From Octopus sinensis (lineage: Eukaryota): DNA of 64,000 nt. The DNA lies in NCBI RefSeq assembly GCF_006345805.1, contig NC_043002.1:35898001-35962000 (forward strand), given 5' to 3'. Position numbers and translations under genes: made by a program. This document shows positions 1 to 12,527 of this stretch, piece after piece; positions within the stretch are counted from its first letter, which is position 1; each line of letters begins with the position of its first letter. Under the pieces are notes generated by a model. It was not told the origin of the DNA, did not search any database, and saw only the letters and a list, made by a program, of their open reading frames with translations.

Positions 1-2124
1 TGTGTTTGTGTTTGTTCTTCCAACATTGCTTGACTACCATTTTCCATGCTACCATCATTTTAACATCCACTGTTGCTGATGATGATGATAAAAATATATA
101 TGTGTGTATGTGTGTGTGTGTGTATACACATGTATATATAGACGCATACACTCATTCGTATGCACACCTACACACATATCATATATATCCTTAGTTAAGG
201 TCCATTGTCCATACATATGTATGTATATAAACTTTCCACACACACATGACTGGCTTCCACAAAGTTTCCATATACCAGATTCTTTCACAAAATAATGGTC
301 ATTGCAAAGCTATAGTAGAAGACCTTTGCCCAAGATAGTGCACAGTGGTATGTGTGCATGTCTGTGTGCACCCTTGTCTTTACATCACGTGGTGGTTGTC
401 AATGAGCTTCTCTATCATCCAAATAATGTTATTCCTTTCCATTATCGTGCAAAGAACATCTGGCCATGGGAAATATTACCTCTGTTAGAAATCGATGAAA
501 GTTGACAGCAGGAAAGACATCTCTGTAGAAAATCTTCCGCAGCAAATTCCATCTGACTGATGCAAGCATGGATAAGTGGGCTTCTAATACTGATGAAATG
601 ATATTGATATATATGTATAAGGAATTTATGTATGTGTGTGGTATTGTATTTTTTTAGTTGCCATGTACAGAGGAACAAATATTGCCTTCAGTCTCTGGAG
701 TTCCTCAGAGATTGGTGAAATTTGTATTATTAACATTTCATTTAAACAGAGGCAAGTCTACTGTAGGAATGAGCAAGGAGGAAACTCTTGAGGCTGATAC
801 TTTGGGGAAGTTAAACTAGGCATAGTTGGTAAGTGCAGGACCAGATAAGGTTGAACACAAAATGAATGATAAGAAGAGATGAAACAGCTTAGTTAGGGTT
901 GCTTGAGTTAACATGAGACAGCCTGTTCCAGAGAACAGAGGCCATTGTAGTAAGCATAGGAAAAATGAAATGAAGAGAGTTTATCTATGCTTCATATGTA
1001 GGAGCGTGTCTGTAAGTATATAAATATAAATAGACATACATGTGTTGTGTTTGTTTTAGGTGTTAATTAACTGGTGAGGGGAGTGTGGTACTTACTGCTT
1101 GTGTGTATTTATGTGTGATGTTGGTATTTCTTAATTACATTGTACAACTTTTGTTTATATATATACACACACACTCTCCCACTCATTCATTCACATGCAA
1201 TCTAAATATAAGCTGTATGGTTTAAAACTTACTATTAAAGGCACATGAGCATATGTTATTGTCTTTGAAAGGGTGGTTAAAATAAAAACGTACAAAACAT
1301 TTGCTTGTACCTGTGATGTCTGTTGACTCTTTAAGGCAAATTTTTGAGTGGAACTTGACACTATTCCTAGAAATGTTTATCAAGCAAATCCTAGGGAATA
1401 AAGAAAATTATTGAGTTCCTATTTATATATTTACCTATTTGCAATGGTGTTAGTGTTTGTTATGGGGGTTGTTTTGTTGTTAATATTTGTAGTGGTGACA
1501 TTTTCAGTAGTTGTTGGTGTGTAGTTGTGTTTGTAGCCATAGTAATGTTGGCATTGAGAGTATTGATTGTCTTAGAATGAATATTGGGAGTGGTGACAGT
1601 GGGATAAGAGTGGTAGTGCTAGTGGTGTAAATGGTAGTGGGAGTATTAGCAATTGTAGTGTTGATGGTGGCATTATTGTTCATTGTTGTTGTAGTGGTGT
1701 TAGTGTACCAGTGTTGTGGTGTTACTGATCAGTGTGATGGTGATGAGAGCAATAGTAACAGTGTAGTATTGGCAATAGTAGTGTTTTTGATAGTAGGATA
1801 TAATTGACAGTTGTTATGCTGGAGTATTACTGTTCATGGTAGTAGCATAGTATTGATAGACGTTGTATTGGTGTGATAATAATGGCAGTGTTGGTAATAG
1901 TAGGGTCAAATTGGTGATGGAGTTATTCTTTAGTGTAGTGACGGTTGTGGTGTTGTTTATTGTAGCATCTGTTCAGAGCAGGAATTCATAAATCCACCCC
2001 AATCAATCAGTTTCTCAGCTGTTATTCGGCTCATACAGCTGGAATAACTTTGTTTTTATGACTTAAAGACTCTTGCTATATACATCCAGAGATACATGCA
2101 TACATGAGTGTGTATGTATATATT

Positions 2125-2176
<52 letters not shown>

Positions 2177-2329
2177 TATACATGTATATATGTATTTATA
2201 TATATAAATATATATGTGTGTGTGTGTATATATGTATGTATAATATATCTATATCTATCTATCTATCTACCTCTCTCTCTCTATATATATACACACACAC
2301 ACACACATGCACACACACACACACACACA

Positions 2330-2650
2330 CACTGGGTGTTTGGGCTAAATTTGATAATTTGCATAAAAAGAAAACAAAACACCAATATAACATACAAAAA
2401 TAAAGTACTTCAGAAAATTAAAAAATATCAACTAGATAACAGTTTACTCAAAATAGCTGCCCTCAGCTTTCACCAAGGCCTTGAGATGGCTCTGGAACCT
2501 GACGCATGTGTTCCTTACTATGTCTCTGGAAAGATCTTCAAATACCTCCATGATCATACCCACCAGCTTGGCCTTGGCATTGCAGGCAGAGCAGTTGGTA
2601 TGCATATGTTTTGAGTGAAGAAGAGTTTATGGAAATCTTTTGCAGTTCTT
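2330..2650 (-). mobile_element. Tc1/mariner DNA transposon 3' fragment (transposase C-terminus plus terminal sequence)
   Basis: The minus strand translates to ...NAKAKLVGMIMEVFEDLSRDIVRNTCVRFQSHLKALVKAEGSYFE*, with the stop at ~2444. This is the typical Tc1/mariner C-terminal 'C..F..RL.A.V.A.G..FE*' pattern. Confidence 0.7.
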
Positions 2651-2714
2651 CTGTTGTTAACTATTTTGGTCAAGAGATAATGGTTTTATTGAGGACCTAG
2701 CACTATACAGTAGG

Positions 2715-3072
2715 AGTCATTGCCTCCACTCCATCTTATACTGGTTTAAGATAATTGGCACTCTGTCACTTATAACAACAAGGGTTCCAGTTGATCTGAT
2801 CAACAGAACAGCTGGCTCATGAGATTAATGTGCAAGTGGCTGAGTACTCCACAGACATGTACGCCTTCACATACTTCTCAGGGAGAATCAGTGTGTCACA
2901 GAGTGGAACAAGGCTAGCCCCTTGAAATACAGGTACTACTCATTTTTGCCAGCTGAGTGGACTAGAGCAACATGAAATAAAGTGTCTTGCTCAAGGACAC
3001 AATGTGCCACTGTGAATTGAACTCATGACCCTTTGATCATGAACTTGAATACCCTAACCACTAAGCCATGTA
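2715..3072 (-). mobile_element. tRNA-headed SINE
   Basis: Contains TCATTTTTGCCAGCTGAGTGGACT...GTGTCTTGCTCAAGGACACAA followed by the reverse complement of a tRNA-like head (gaattgaactc...ctaaccactaagccatg). Confidence 0.6.
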
Positions 3073-4019
3073 CCATTACTGGTTTAAGATACTGCAAAGG
3101 AAATTACAAGGGTATATATTTATGCAAATATGCACATACTCTAAAAGAAAAAAAATCCACAAATGTAATATATTAAATATCATCATTCTTTTTTGTTTTT
3201 GCATCTGTTTTCCCATGCTGGCATGGAACAGAAAGGTGTTTCATCATTTGTTGCAGTTCATTATTATCTGCTAATACAGCAATGGAAAGTGCCTATATTT
3301 AATTTGTTGTACTTATATTTTTCTGGTTATTATTTTACATGCTTTCTATGGCCGAATTCTCTTCTCATTACCAACTGTTTTACAGCATGGTCTGAGTGCA
3401 TTTTGTATCATGCTACAACACAACTAAAGAGTTGTTTCTACCTTGTATCAATTTCTGTTCAGAGTTACTGTTCTTTTAGTCAAGATTTTACTGTGTTTGT
3501 AGAAAATATGTTTGTAAACGTGTATGTATATGTGCATATATACACATACATTATATGCATATGTATGTATACACACACACACACATAAGAGGGTAAGTCA
3601 AATTATATGTACAGGACAAAAGCAGAGGTTGAACAATTTCATCCTTTTTTGACATGGTATCCTTGCTTTCTGATGTACTTCTTCTGACAGACATTCTAGC
3701 CCTTTGCCATTCCATCTTATCATCAGACTGGGGACTATATTATGCAATGTATTCTTCTATTTTTAAAATTGTAGCATGTGATTTGAGCCAGATTTCGCTG
3801 TTATTCCTAGCAGGTTTAGGTATAAGCTCTCAGACTTGTGGGTAGTGTTGTAGTTATTAGTGATATCATTGTTCACCCATTAATGGATACTCTTATAAGA
3901 CATGAAACTGATAAATATATATACTTTATGCATGTGTGTGTGTATGTGTTAAACCAAGTTGTTAATTTGGTCACTCATTGTTCTCTAGCCTATAAGCACT
4001 TCAGCAGACTGAGCATCTG

Positions 4020-4830
4020 ATATTCCTACACCATGAATGTGTTGGTCCTCATGGTCAGAATACAAAATTGTTTTATCATTGCAGATCTTTCAACTTTCAG
4101 TCTAGTGCATTTTGCTTACTCTCAGGATACTCAGTTAGTCGTGGTCAAATTTACGAAGCAGTTGGGCCAATGTTCCTCATAAGTACTAAGTTCAAATGTT
4201 CCACGTAACAATTGAAGTATTTTGCTTCACACTCAGAACTGAACTCTTCATCAGAGATTGGGTAACCCCTCAACTTTGTCTTGGTCCTGCCATTACTTGG
4301 GGCAAATCTCTCTTTTCATGCCAAAGGTGTTGATTACAATTTTTATTGCTGTTTCTGTAGCAATTGTTGTTTTCCTCAGTGGTTCTGGGGACAGCTTGCT
4401 AGCCTGCCAACCACCCTCCTCCTTTTACATTTGGGTTAGAAACTGGCATTGTGTGTGACGAATTTATGATATTTTATATTGTAATTGGTGAACAGTAGCT
4501 CCATTGGCTACAAGTTTCCAATGGGCCACTTACCGGTTCACTTCATTTCTGATGATGAGATTGACATGGGAGTGTTCAACTCAGTGTAGAACAAATATGT
4601 CAAGGGACCTTGTTCATAAAGCACTGGAATTTCTATTTTATTGAAGATATTTAAGCCCTGTGCCAGGTATGGGCAGTCTTTTCTAAGAAGTGGGTTGCAT
4701 GAGGCTCATCATGGGGTGGATTGAACTACAAAGAAATTTATGGTAATTTTTCATTGGAAGTGTCATTCAAAAATTCACATGGGCTGTACCTTGCCCATGG
4801 CTGTCCTACGCCAATATGCAGTGACAAAAA
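4020..4830 (-). mobile_element. RTE-type LINE 5' fragment (AP endonuclease N-terminus, with probable 5' UTR)
   Basis: Minus strand 4020-4230 gives frameshifted SIVTWNI..., ...GKICNDKTILYSDHEDQHIHGVGI, matching the APE motifs TWNVRTL / W..SG / TILYSG / HGVGI. The extension to 4830 is inferred. Confidence 0.6.
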
Positions 4831-5679
4831 TCTCTGTCTCTCCCTCACACACACACTGTGTTAACAAAGAAAGGTTGAGTTTGGCAAGAATTACATAAAT
4901 ATAAAGTATAACATCTAGAAAGGGCTGTTAACCCCCAAATCATTGTTATATGATGTACATTTGTGTGTGTGAGTGTATGAATATACAAGTAGCCGCACCC
5001 ATTATCTATTACTTTTGGTATTTATTCTTTAGTGTCATAACCTTAATTTAAGTTTTAATCCCCCTTTGACTTTTATATTCTACCTAATTTGTTATTTATA
5101 CTCTTTTAGTTTTTTTCTTTAATTTCTTGTTTTTCAATGTTCTCTGTTGTTTTTGTCTTGATTAAACTTTGTCATCTCTTTCCCTTCTCATGTTTCTCCC
5201 CCCCCCCACCTCTCCGTGTGTCTAGATTTGTTGTTAGATCTTTTTTGTTACCTCTCTCTATCTTTCACCCACAGTTGTCACTGGTAATTTGATACTGTGT
5301 GTGTGTGTGACAATCAGGCTAAATCTTTGGTATGTGTGAGTTAAATAAATTAAAAAAAGCAAGGCTAAGAGGTACAAAGGTTTCAGTGAGAAAGTAGGTC
5401 TCTCCCCTTCTAAAATGACCCTAGCAAATGGTTCTAATGCTGATAGTTTCTTATTCCTGGCCCCTTCCTCTGAGAATGTTTAAACTAGAGACAATTAATA
5501 TGATTTTAAAATTGAATGAAAAACACATCAAAAGCAAAAAAACCTTGGTATATCACTTAATGACTAAAAAGGACAAAATAAGCACCACAGTATAAGTTAT
5601 AATGTGGTTGGGTTTCACTGCTCAGTGCTGCCACTTTACTAATACTCCTGAGGAAGGAACATGTGTCAGTTTTGTTATC

Positions 5680-8000
5680 TCTCTGCCAACTTCGAGACAC
5701 CTCCTTCTACTGCCCTCTGCCCTCCAACCCCACACCCAGCTACCAACAGACTGTGTCCTCCACTATCCATGTCACCCCCCCCCCCACTGCCTCTAACCTC
5801 ATTGTCTGCACTCCTTGCACTCTCACAATTTACCCTAACCCTAACCCAAATCCACAAACCTAACAACCCATCGGCTCCACCTGCAACTGCCCCACCAAAC
5901 TCATCTCCAGATATCTTGACTGTGTCCTTGCCGCGCTGGTGGCTTCCCACCCTTCTCACATCCATGATACCCATCTTGCTCTTAGTTTGTTCAACTCTTT
6001 CTTCTTCCCTCCTGGCCTCTCTAAACTTCTCTTCACTCTTGACATCAAGAGTCTATACATGGTGATCCCTCACCACAGGGGCTGCGTGCACTCCAACATT
6101 TCCTTGACCTTTGACCCAACCCCCAACCTGACACATCCACACTCCTTTGTCTGGCTGAACTTGTCCTCTCACCTAACTGCTTCTCGTTCACGGGTGATTT
6201 TTACCAGCAGGTCTCGAGAGTGGCCATGGGAACAAGAATGGGCCCCGACTATGCGAACCTGTTCATTGGCTACGTTGAGGCCCAAATATTCTCAAGTTTC
6301 ACTGGTCCCACTCCTGAGATATACAGTCATTATATTGACGACTGTATCGGTGTGACCTCACTCTCTCGTGAATATCTAGACTCCTTCCTCTCTTTTGTTA
6401 AATCTTTCTATCCTGCCCTCGACTTCTCCTGCACTATTTCTCGACATTTTGGTCAGCATTCATCACTCCACTCTCACCACCTCCATCCACTTCAAACACA
6501 CAGACTCACACTCTTACCTCAACTTCTCCTCCTCCCACCCTAAACACACCAAGATCTCCATCCCCTATTCCCAATTCCTCTGTCTATGGAGGCTCTGCAG
6601 TGACAACCATGACTTTGAGACTCAGTCTCAACTCATGGCTTGCCACGTCATCCTATGTGGATATCCCCTCACCACTATCCACACCGCCTTTGCCGGAGCA
6701 CTTCTGTGGACTGTGCATCTGCTTTCCTCTGCACCTTCCTCGCTGTCACCCATCTCCCGATTCCCCTCACCTACCACCCCACCACCCTACCTCTCCAACA
6801 TACCATTCTCCAAGCCTTCTGGTGACTCCAATCTGACCCCTCCACTTTGCACATCTTCCCTAACTGACCCCTCCCACAACCTATGAGACCACTTGGTCCA
6901 GAGCTTCTTCCCTTACCCAACCTCCCAACCCAGCTTGTTCCCCTGCTCCTGCCCACGATGTTTCACTTGCCCTTATCTCTCCAACACCACCCTCCTCACA
7001 GGCACCCATCATTGACCCTATCATATCACTGACTCCTTCACCTGCACTTTGAGCAATGTCATCTACTGCATCACCTGCTCTCTCTGTTCTTCTCTATACA
7101 TTGGTCAAATGGGACACCACTTGGCTGACCAGTTCGTGAAACACCTCTGAGACATCAGACTTGGCAATAACACCTCAGTCTCATGCCATTTCTGCTCTAC
7201 CAGTCATTCTTTACAACACCTGTCTGTGTTCGGATTGTCCTTGCACAGGGGCCATCCAGACTCCCATCTGTGCCATAAGCAGGGATTAATCTTTTCTCTT
7301 TGCTCCTTTGCACCACATTGGCTCAACTCTCCTCCCCTCTTCATCTAACCCTTCTCCTCTCTCCTCTCTTCCTCTCACATCTACTTCCACCCACCTCTCC
7401 TCTCTTGCTCTGGCACCTACTTCCTCTCTTCACTCCTACCTACCTCCCTTCCACTCTCTCCCTTCATCGTCACCCCCTCCCTCATTACCCCATCCCTACA
7501 CATTCCAAGCCCACCATCCCATCCCTTAGACATCCCATCCCTTAGACCCCAACCTTGCTTCCCCCACTCTCGCCTCCCCCACACCCCAACACCACCATAC
7601 CACACCACATCACATCCCCTGCACACACTAACACTGACCACTTCCTAGTACCAACACCATCATCCACACACCTACACATGCACATGTCAAGGTCACCAAC
7701 CCCCTTCCACATGCACATACATGATCTCATGCACACGCACATTCGTTTTGGGATCACCACTACTTTATCTCCCCTACTCCCTAGCTCTCCTATGTGACCC
7801 CTCTGTCTGGCATTCACCATGATAGATCACTAGCCACTAAACCTTTTTCTATTTTCTCTCCCTGTGTATTTCTGTGTTCCTTTCTGTTGAAAATCATACG
7901 CTCGAAATGTGAAAGACTTTCTCACTTCCCGAGCGTTAAACTAATACATCTGTTTGTTGTTTACACACCCATCTTCGTCTTTTATTTTTTTGTGAAATAT
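5680..8000 (+). mobile_element. Penelope-like retroelement (RT + GIY-YIG endonuclease, 3' pseudo-LTR), 5'-truncated and decayed
   Basis: RT motifs QIHKPNNP, CNCPTKLISRYLD, LFTLDIKSLY, AMGTRMGPDYANLF, YIDD (6331-6342) and HTDSHSYLNFSSSHPKHTKISIPYSQF. GIY-YIG segment NVIYCITC...YIGQ from ~7055. There are multiple frameshifts and stops, a CT/CA-rich 3' region, and a terminal block at ~7860-8000. Confidence 0.9.
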
Positions 8001-8225
8001 GATTTCTTCTTGTGGAGATATTTAAAATCAAAAGTATTCAGTCATCACCCTCGATCTATTGATGAATTTGTGTAGAAATAGCAACCATTCCAGAAGAAAT
8101 GATCCATAGAGTTATCGATAACTTTCATGAACGTCTCCAACAGTGTGTTGACAATGATGGGAAGCATTTAGCTGATTTAATTTTTATAACTTAATGAAAT
8201 AAAATGGCATTATATGTACATTCAG
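7996..8225 (+). mobile_element. Tc1/mariner transposase C-terminal remnant
   Basis: Translates to DFFLWRYLKSKVFSHHPRSIDE...IATIPEEMIHRVIDNFHERLQQCVDNDGKHLADLIFIT*. This includes the 'DFFLWG.LK' catalytic-D motif and the typical C-terminus. Confidence 0.8.
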
Positions 8226-8229
8226 AAAA

Positions 8230-8460
8230 TATCCATTCTGTCTGTGTGTGTGTGTGTCTTCTAGGATCTCCAGCAGCCTCCATCCGATTGCGCTCAAATT
8301 TGATATGTAGATACCGACAGTATCAGGGCATGTATAAGTCTTGAAAAAAATGACAAAAATCACTCCAGGTGAGAATGCGATCGATAAAGCATTCTTTGGA
8401 ATAGAAAAAAAGTCTATCTTTATTTCTTCTTTTGCTGGTGTCTCAAATTTAGGTTGAATC
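8230..8460 (+). mobile_element. Probable non-autonomous Helitron/Helentron-type (DINE/HINE-like) element
   Basis: Starts with a CTGT/TG microsatellite followed by ATCCGATTGCGCTCAAATTTGATATGTAG, a signature resembling DINE-1/HINE elements. Pattern recognition only. Confidence 0.45.
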
Positions 8461-8611
8461 AGTGTTTCTCAAAGGGGAGGCCTATGGGATAGTCAGACAA
8501 GTTGTTTTGAGAAAATCTGGTTTAAATGTTTGACAACTCAGCACCGTCCATTGGATGATGGGGGGGGGGGCGTTTTGCTCATATATATATACACTAAAAA
8601 AAATATATATA

Positions 8612-8654
<43 letters not shown>

Positions 8655-8689
8655 ATATATATATACATATATATAATATATATTATATA

Positions 8690-10060
8690 TAGCTAAAACC
8701 AAAGTTCTAATAAGTAAGAAGGTAGACAAATCACAAACACCCTCAGGTAGATGGCCCTGCTCGATCTGTAGAAAAGGCGTAGGTAGAAACTCTATAAGAT
8801 GCACCAAGTGTAAGCTATGGACACATAAGAGGTGCAGCAATGTCAAAGGAAGGCTAACTAGGAAAATAGTTTTTGTATGTGGCAGATGCTCTGGTGCAAT
8901 AAACACTGAAAATGTGCAGAGACCATCTTCCGCCACGTTCCAGGGAGAAAAACTAGAAGTAGTTGATAGCTTTCGTTACCTAGGTGACCAAGTCAGTAGC
9001 AGGGGTGGGTGTGCTGAAAGTGTAACTGCTAGAGTAAGAATAGCCTGGGCAAAGTTCAGAGAGCTCTTACCTCTGCTGGTGACAAAAGGCCTCTCGCTTA
9101 GAGTAAAAGGCAGATTGTATGAACAGCTATGCTTCATGGCAGTGAAACATGGGCTGTGACTGCTGAGGATATGCGTAAGCTTGCAAGAAATGAAGCCAGT
9201 ATGCTCCGATGGATGTGTAATGTCAGCGTTCATACTCGACAGAGTGTAAGTACTTTGAGAGAAAAGTTGGACCTAAGAAGCATCAGTTGTGGTGTGCAAG
9301 AGAGACGTTTGCGCTGGTATGGTCATGTGGCGAGGATGGATGAAGATAGTTGTGTGAAAAAGTGCCACACCTTAGCGGTTGAGGGAACCTGTGGAAGAGG
9401 TAGACCCAGGAAAACCTGGGATGAGGTGGTGAAGCACAACCTTCAAACTTTAGGTCTCACCGAGGAAATGACTAGAGACTGAGACCTATGGAAGCATGCT
9501 GTGCGTGAGAAGACCCGGCAGGACAAGTGAGGCCATAATCCCGTGGCCTACACCTGGGATGTAGCTTGCCCACTTATGCATTCCTTTCCTTCTTGGGACA
9601 CAAAACTCCACTTGTGAAGACCTGTTGAGGCAAGTGAAAATCAAAATCAAAATCGTAATCTACCAACATCAATGGAATTTGTAGCTGTGATACCAGTGCC
9701 GGTGGCACGTAAGAGAACCATCTGAACGTGGCCGTTGCCAGCGCCGCCCGACCGGCCTCCGTGCCGGTGGCACGTAAAAAACACCATCCGACCGTGGCCA
9801 TTGCCAGCTTCATCTGGTCCCCGTGCCGGTGGCACGTAAAAAGCACCATCCGATCGTGGCCGTCTGCCAGCCTCGTCTGGCACGTAAAAAGCACCCACTA
9901 CACTCACGGAGTGGTTGGCGTTAGGAAGGGCATCCAGCTGTAGAAACACTGCCAGCTCAGACTGGGCCTGGTGCAGCCTTCTGGCTTCCCAGAACCCAGT
10001 TGAACCGTCCAACCCATGCCAGCATGGAAAGCGGACGTTAAATGATGATGATGATGATGA
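8690..10060 (+). mobile_element. RTE-clade LINE, 5'-truncated: RT C-terminus with PHD-like finger, 3' UTR with tandem modules, (TGA)n tail
   Basis: Translates to EKLEVVDSFRYLGDQVSS...RVRIAWAKFRELLPLL, LHGSETWAVT...RRLRWYGHVARM...GRGRPRKTWDEVVK. A short deletion causes a frameshift near 9125. The element ends in CCATGCCAGCATGGAAAGCGGACGTTAAA(TGA)n. Retained CpGs suggest it is young. Confidence 0.92.
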
Positions 10061-10299
10061 TGATATATATTATATATATATATATTATATATGTATATAT
10101 AATACATACATATATATATATTAATTACTAACATTTGCAGCCATAGTGTATTAAAGGTTTACAAGTCAGTATTTTGTACCTTACTTTTGTGTTAGCAGTG
10201 CGTTGTTTTCATTTACGAGATTATATATATATATATATATATATATTCTTTTAGTCTTTTACTAGTTTCAGTCTGAGGGCTGTGGCCATACTGGGGCAC

Positions 10300-10500
10300 T
10301 GCTGTTAGGTTTGCTACATCTTCATTTCTTAAAAACCTCCTCTGATATGTGGCTTTTAGTGAATGAGGAAGTTTGATGTAGCCTTTGTTTGCATTTCTTA
10401 CCATGGAGATCCACCCCAGCCCCCATATAAGTCTCTTAGGTTTTTCTGGAAGGATATTGAAGAGCTGTGAGCCCTTGAAACCCAAGCTGTTGTAGAATCT
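10300..10500 (-). mobile_element. CR1/L2-like LINE 3' coding remnant
   Basis: Minus ORF contains GFKGSQLFNILPE..., resembling the 'G..LFN.LP' C-terminal motif of CR1/L2 ORF2. Confidence 0.5.
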
Positions 10501-12527
10501 GACCTAGAGGCGTATATATATATAAAATGAGTGTTATCATTCATTTGCAAATGCTGTTTGAATAACTAGCACATGCAGAGATAACAAATATTACATGAAT
10601 TAATGTTCTTCCAATTTGCTGACAGAACAACCCTGTATATTGATTGAATCCTGTTCATATCTACATTCCTGAATCCTTAGGCACAGTCCAGGCTTTTGAT
10701 GTTGCTAAACATTGAACCTGGTCAATCATTGTTGAAATTACAGTTGTAGGATTATGCACAGCCCAGATAGAATCCTATTCATTTCTCATCACCTGGTCCC
10801 ACCCCATGTTATAAGAAAGAAAAGCAAAATGAAATGTAGAGCAACATTTTTTACAATTTTTTTTTATAAATCTAAGACAGAACAAGTCAACTATTAACTG
10901 AAAAGATAACACAATCTAGCTCCAAAGAGAACAAGAAGGATAAGATATAGAAAGATAAAAAGAGAAAATATAACACAACTATGGAGAAGTAAGATATACT
11001 CTCTAATTGTTAGCAACCTCAATTAAAAACTACACCTTGAATGATGTGAACAGTAATGGTCTAAATAACAAGTTTTAGTCAAAAAAATTAAGGGTGATAA
11101 CTTTGGAATATTAATTCAGTGAAATTAATTAACTCTTAAAGGCTTGTAGTACTTTCTTTATATAAATCTCTCAATCCTATTAGAAACTACAGATTTTGAC
11201 AAAATACTGTTAATCCAGGATAAAAGTCATAAAAATGTAACTATTGGCTGAATTTGGATGAAATTTGCTGAAATGATATACTGATTGTTAGTGTACATTG
11301 TAAATGTGGCTTTTGTCTGTTGTTATGTTCTTTCACCTGCTTAGGCAGGTTGAATACAGTTAAGTGTTTTAGCCTTATTGGATCTCATCAGTGATACATA
11401 GATTACTGAAAATCTTAGAATGGCTTGTGAATTATATATATGATTGAGCAGGCCTTTGATCAGAGACATTACGAATATGTTAGATCACACAATCTAATGT
11501 ATAATTTCCCTTATTTAAAGGATAAGGTGTGATTTGAAAGTGATTTCATCAGTGCTTCAAGCAGATAGAGGCATCCTTGTTTGTTCACCATTTATTGGTA
11601 TATTGAAATGATGTTTGGAATGTTATTAAATTATGATGAATAATACTAATTTAAATATGACATGAAGATGGATGCTATTGTATCATGACACCAAGTGGGT
11701 TAATTAAGGTATCAGCTGAGTTACTAGTATTTAGATAGCGATGAGTAGTGTTGGGGTTAGGGTTAGATTGTTAGATTTGATTAACTGATGACTCAATTTG
11801 CAGTGAATGTTGGGGACTATGAGGATTTGAAACTTGAAACTGTTGATTACGCTAATAATAGTCTGTATCATTTCAGCTAAAGTTAAATCAGTTTTGTATG
11901 AAAGTTGATCTGATTCAGGAAAGTGACTGACAATTACATTGATAAATTTCAAGCTTTATCTTTTAAAAATAATCTTCTGAAGTGTTTATCAAGAATGTTC
12001 AATGAGTTATAATAATCTTCAAAATGTTGTACTTTACAAGTAACTTTTTTGTTGCTATTTTCTTTTGTATTTTGACTTTAAAAAAAAAAAATTATATTAA
12101 ATCTAAATTAACAGGAAAGCAGATTACTGCATTATTGAAATATCTTGTTTTTGTTGGTGCACTTGCTGTTAGGCAGCAATTTTCATGGGTATGCATTTTA
12201 GTGTGTTTGCTGAACATAAGATGTATTTAGATGTGAATAGACTTATAGACAAATCAATGGATATGTTATCTTTAGTGATGAGTCATTAGTGATGGCACGA
12301 GAAACTAGTAAATCTAATTGACAATCCTGTTTTGAATTGCCTGTATACATCGTGTTATTGATGTGTGTATTTATATGTGTATAGATATCATTATGTATTT
12401 GTAGATCCCTTGTGTATTATTCATTTTTCATTGCACACGTGTGTCTTATATATATATATACAGATAGATAGATATACGCAGACATACATACAAATGCACA
12501 TGCATACAGATATGTCCATATCATTAT

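Noticed and set aside
750-828. Exon-like segment TTAAACAG...TTG|GTAAGT
   Set aside because: Stops occur in all three frames, and it adjoins a probable CR1 remnant. At best non-coding.
1440-1970. G/T-biased 500-bp tract
   Set aside because: It is a degenerate (GTA/GTG/GTT)n low-complexity sequence with no discrete unit or open frame.
5835-5850. (CCCTAA)n telomere-like repeat; also (TTAGGG)2 near 11755
   Set aside because: Only about 2 units each, expected by chance or local slippage. The first lies within the Penelope RT region.
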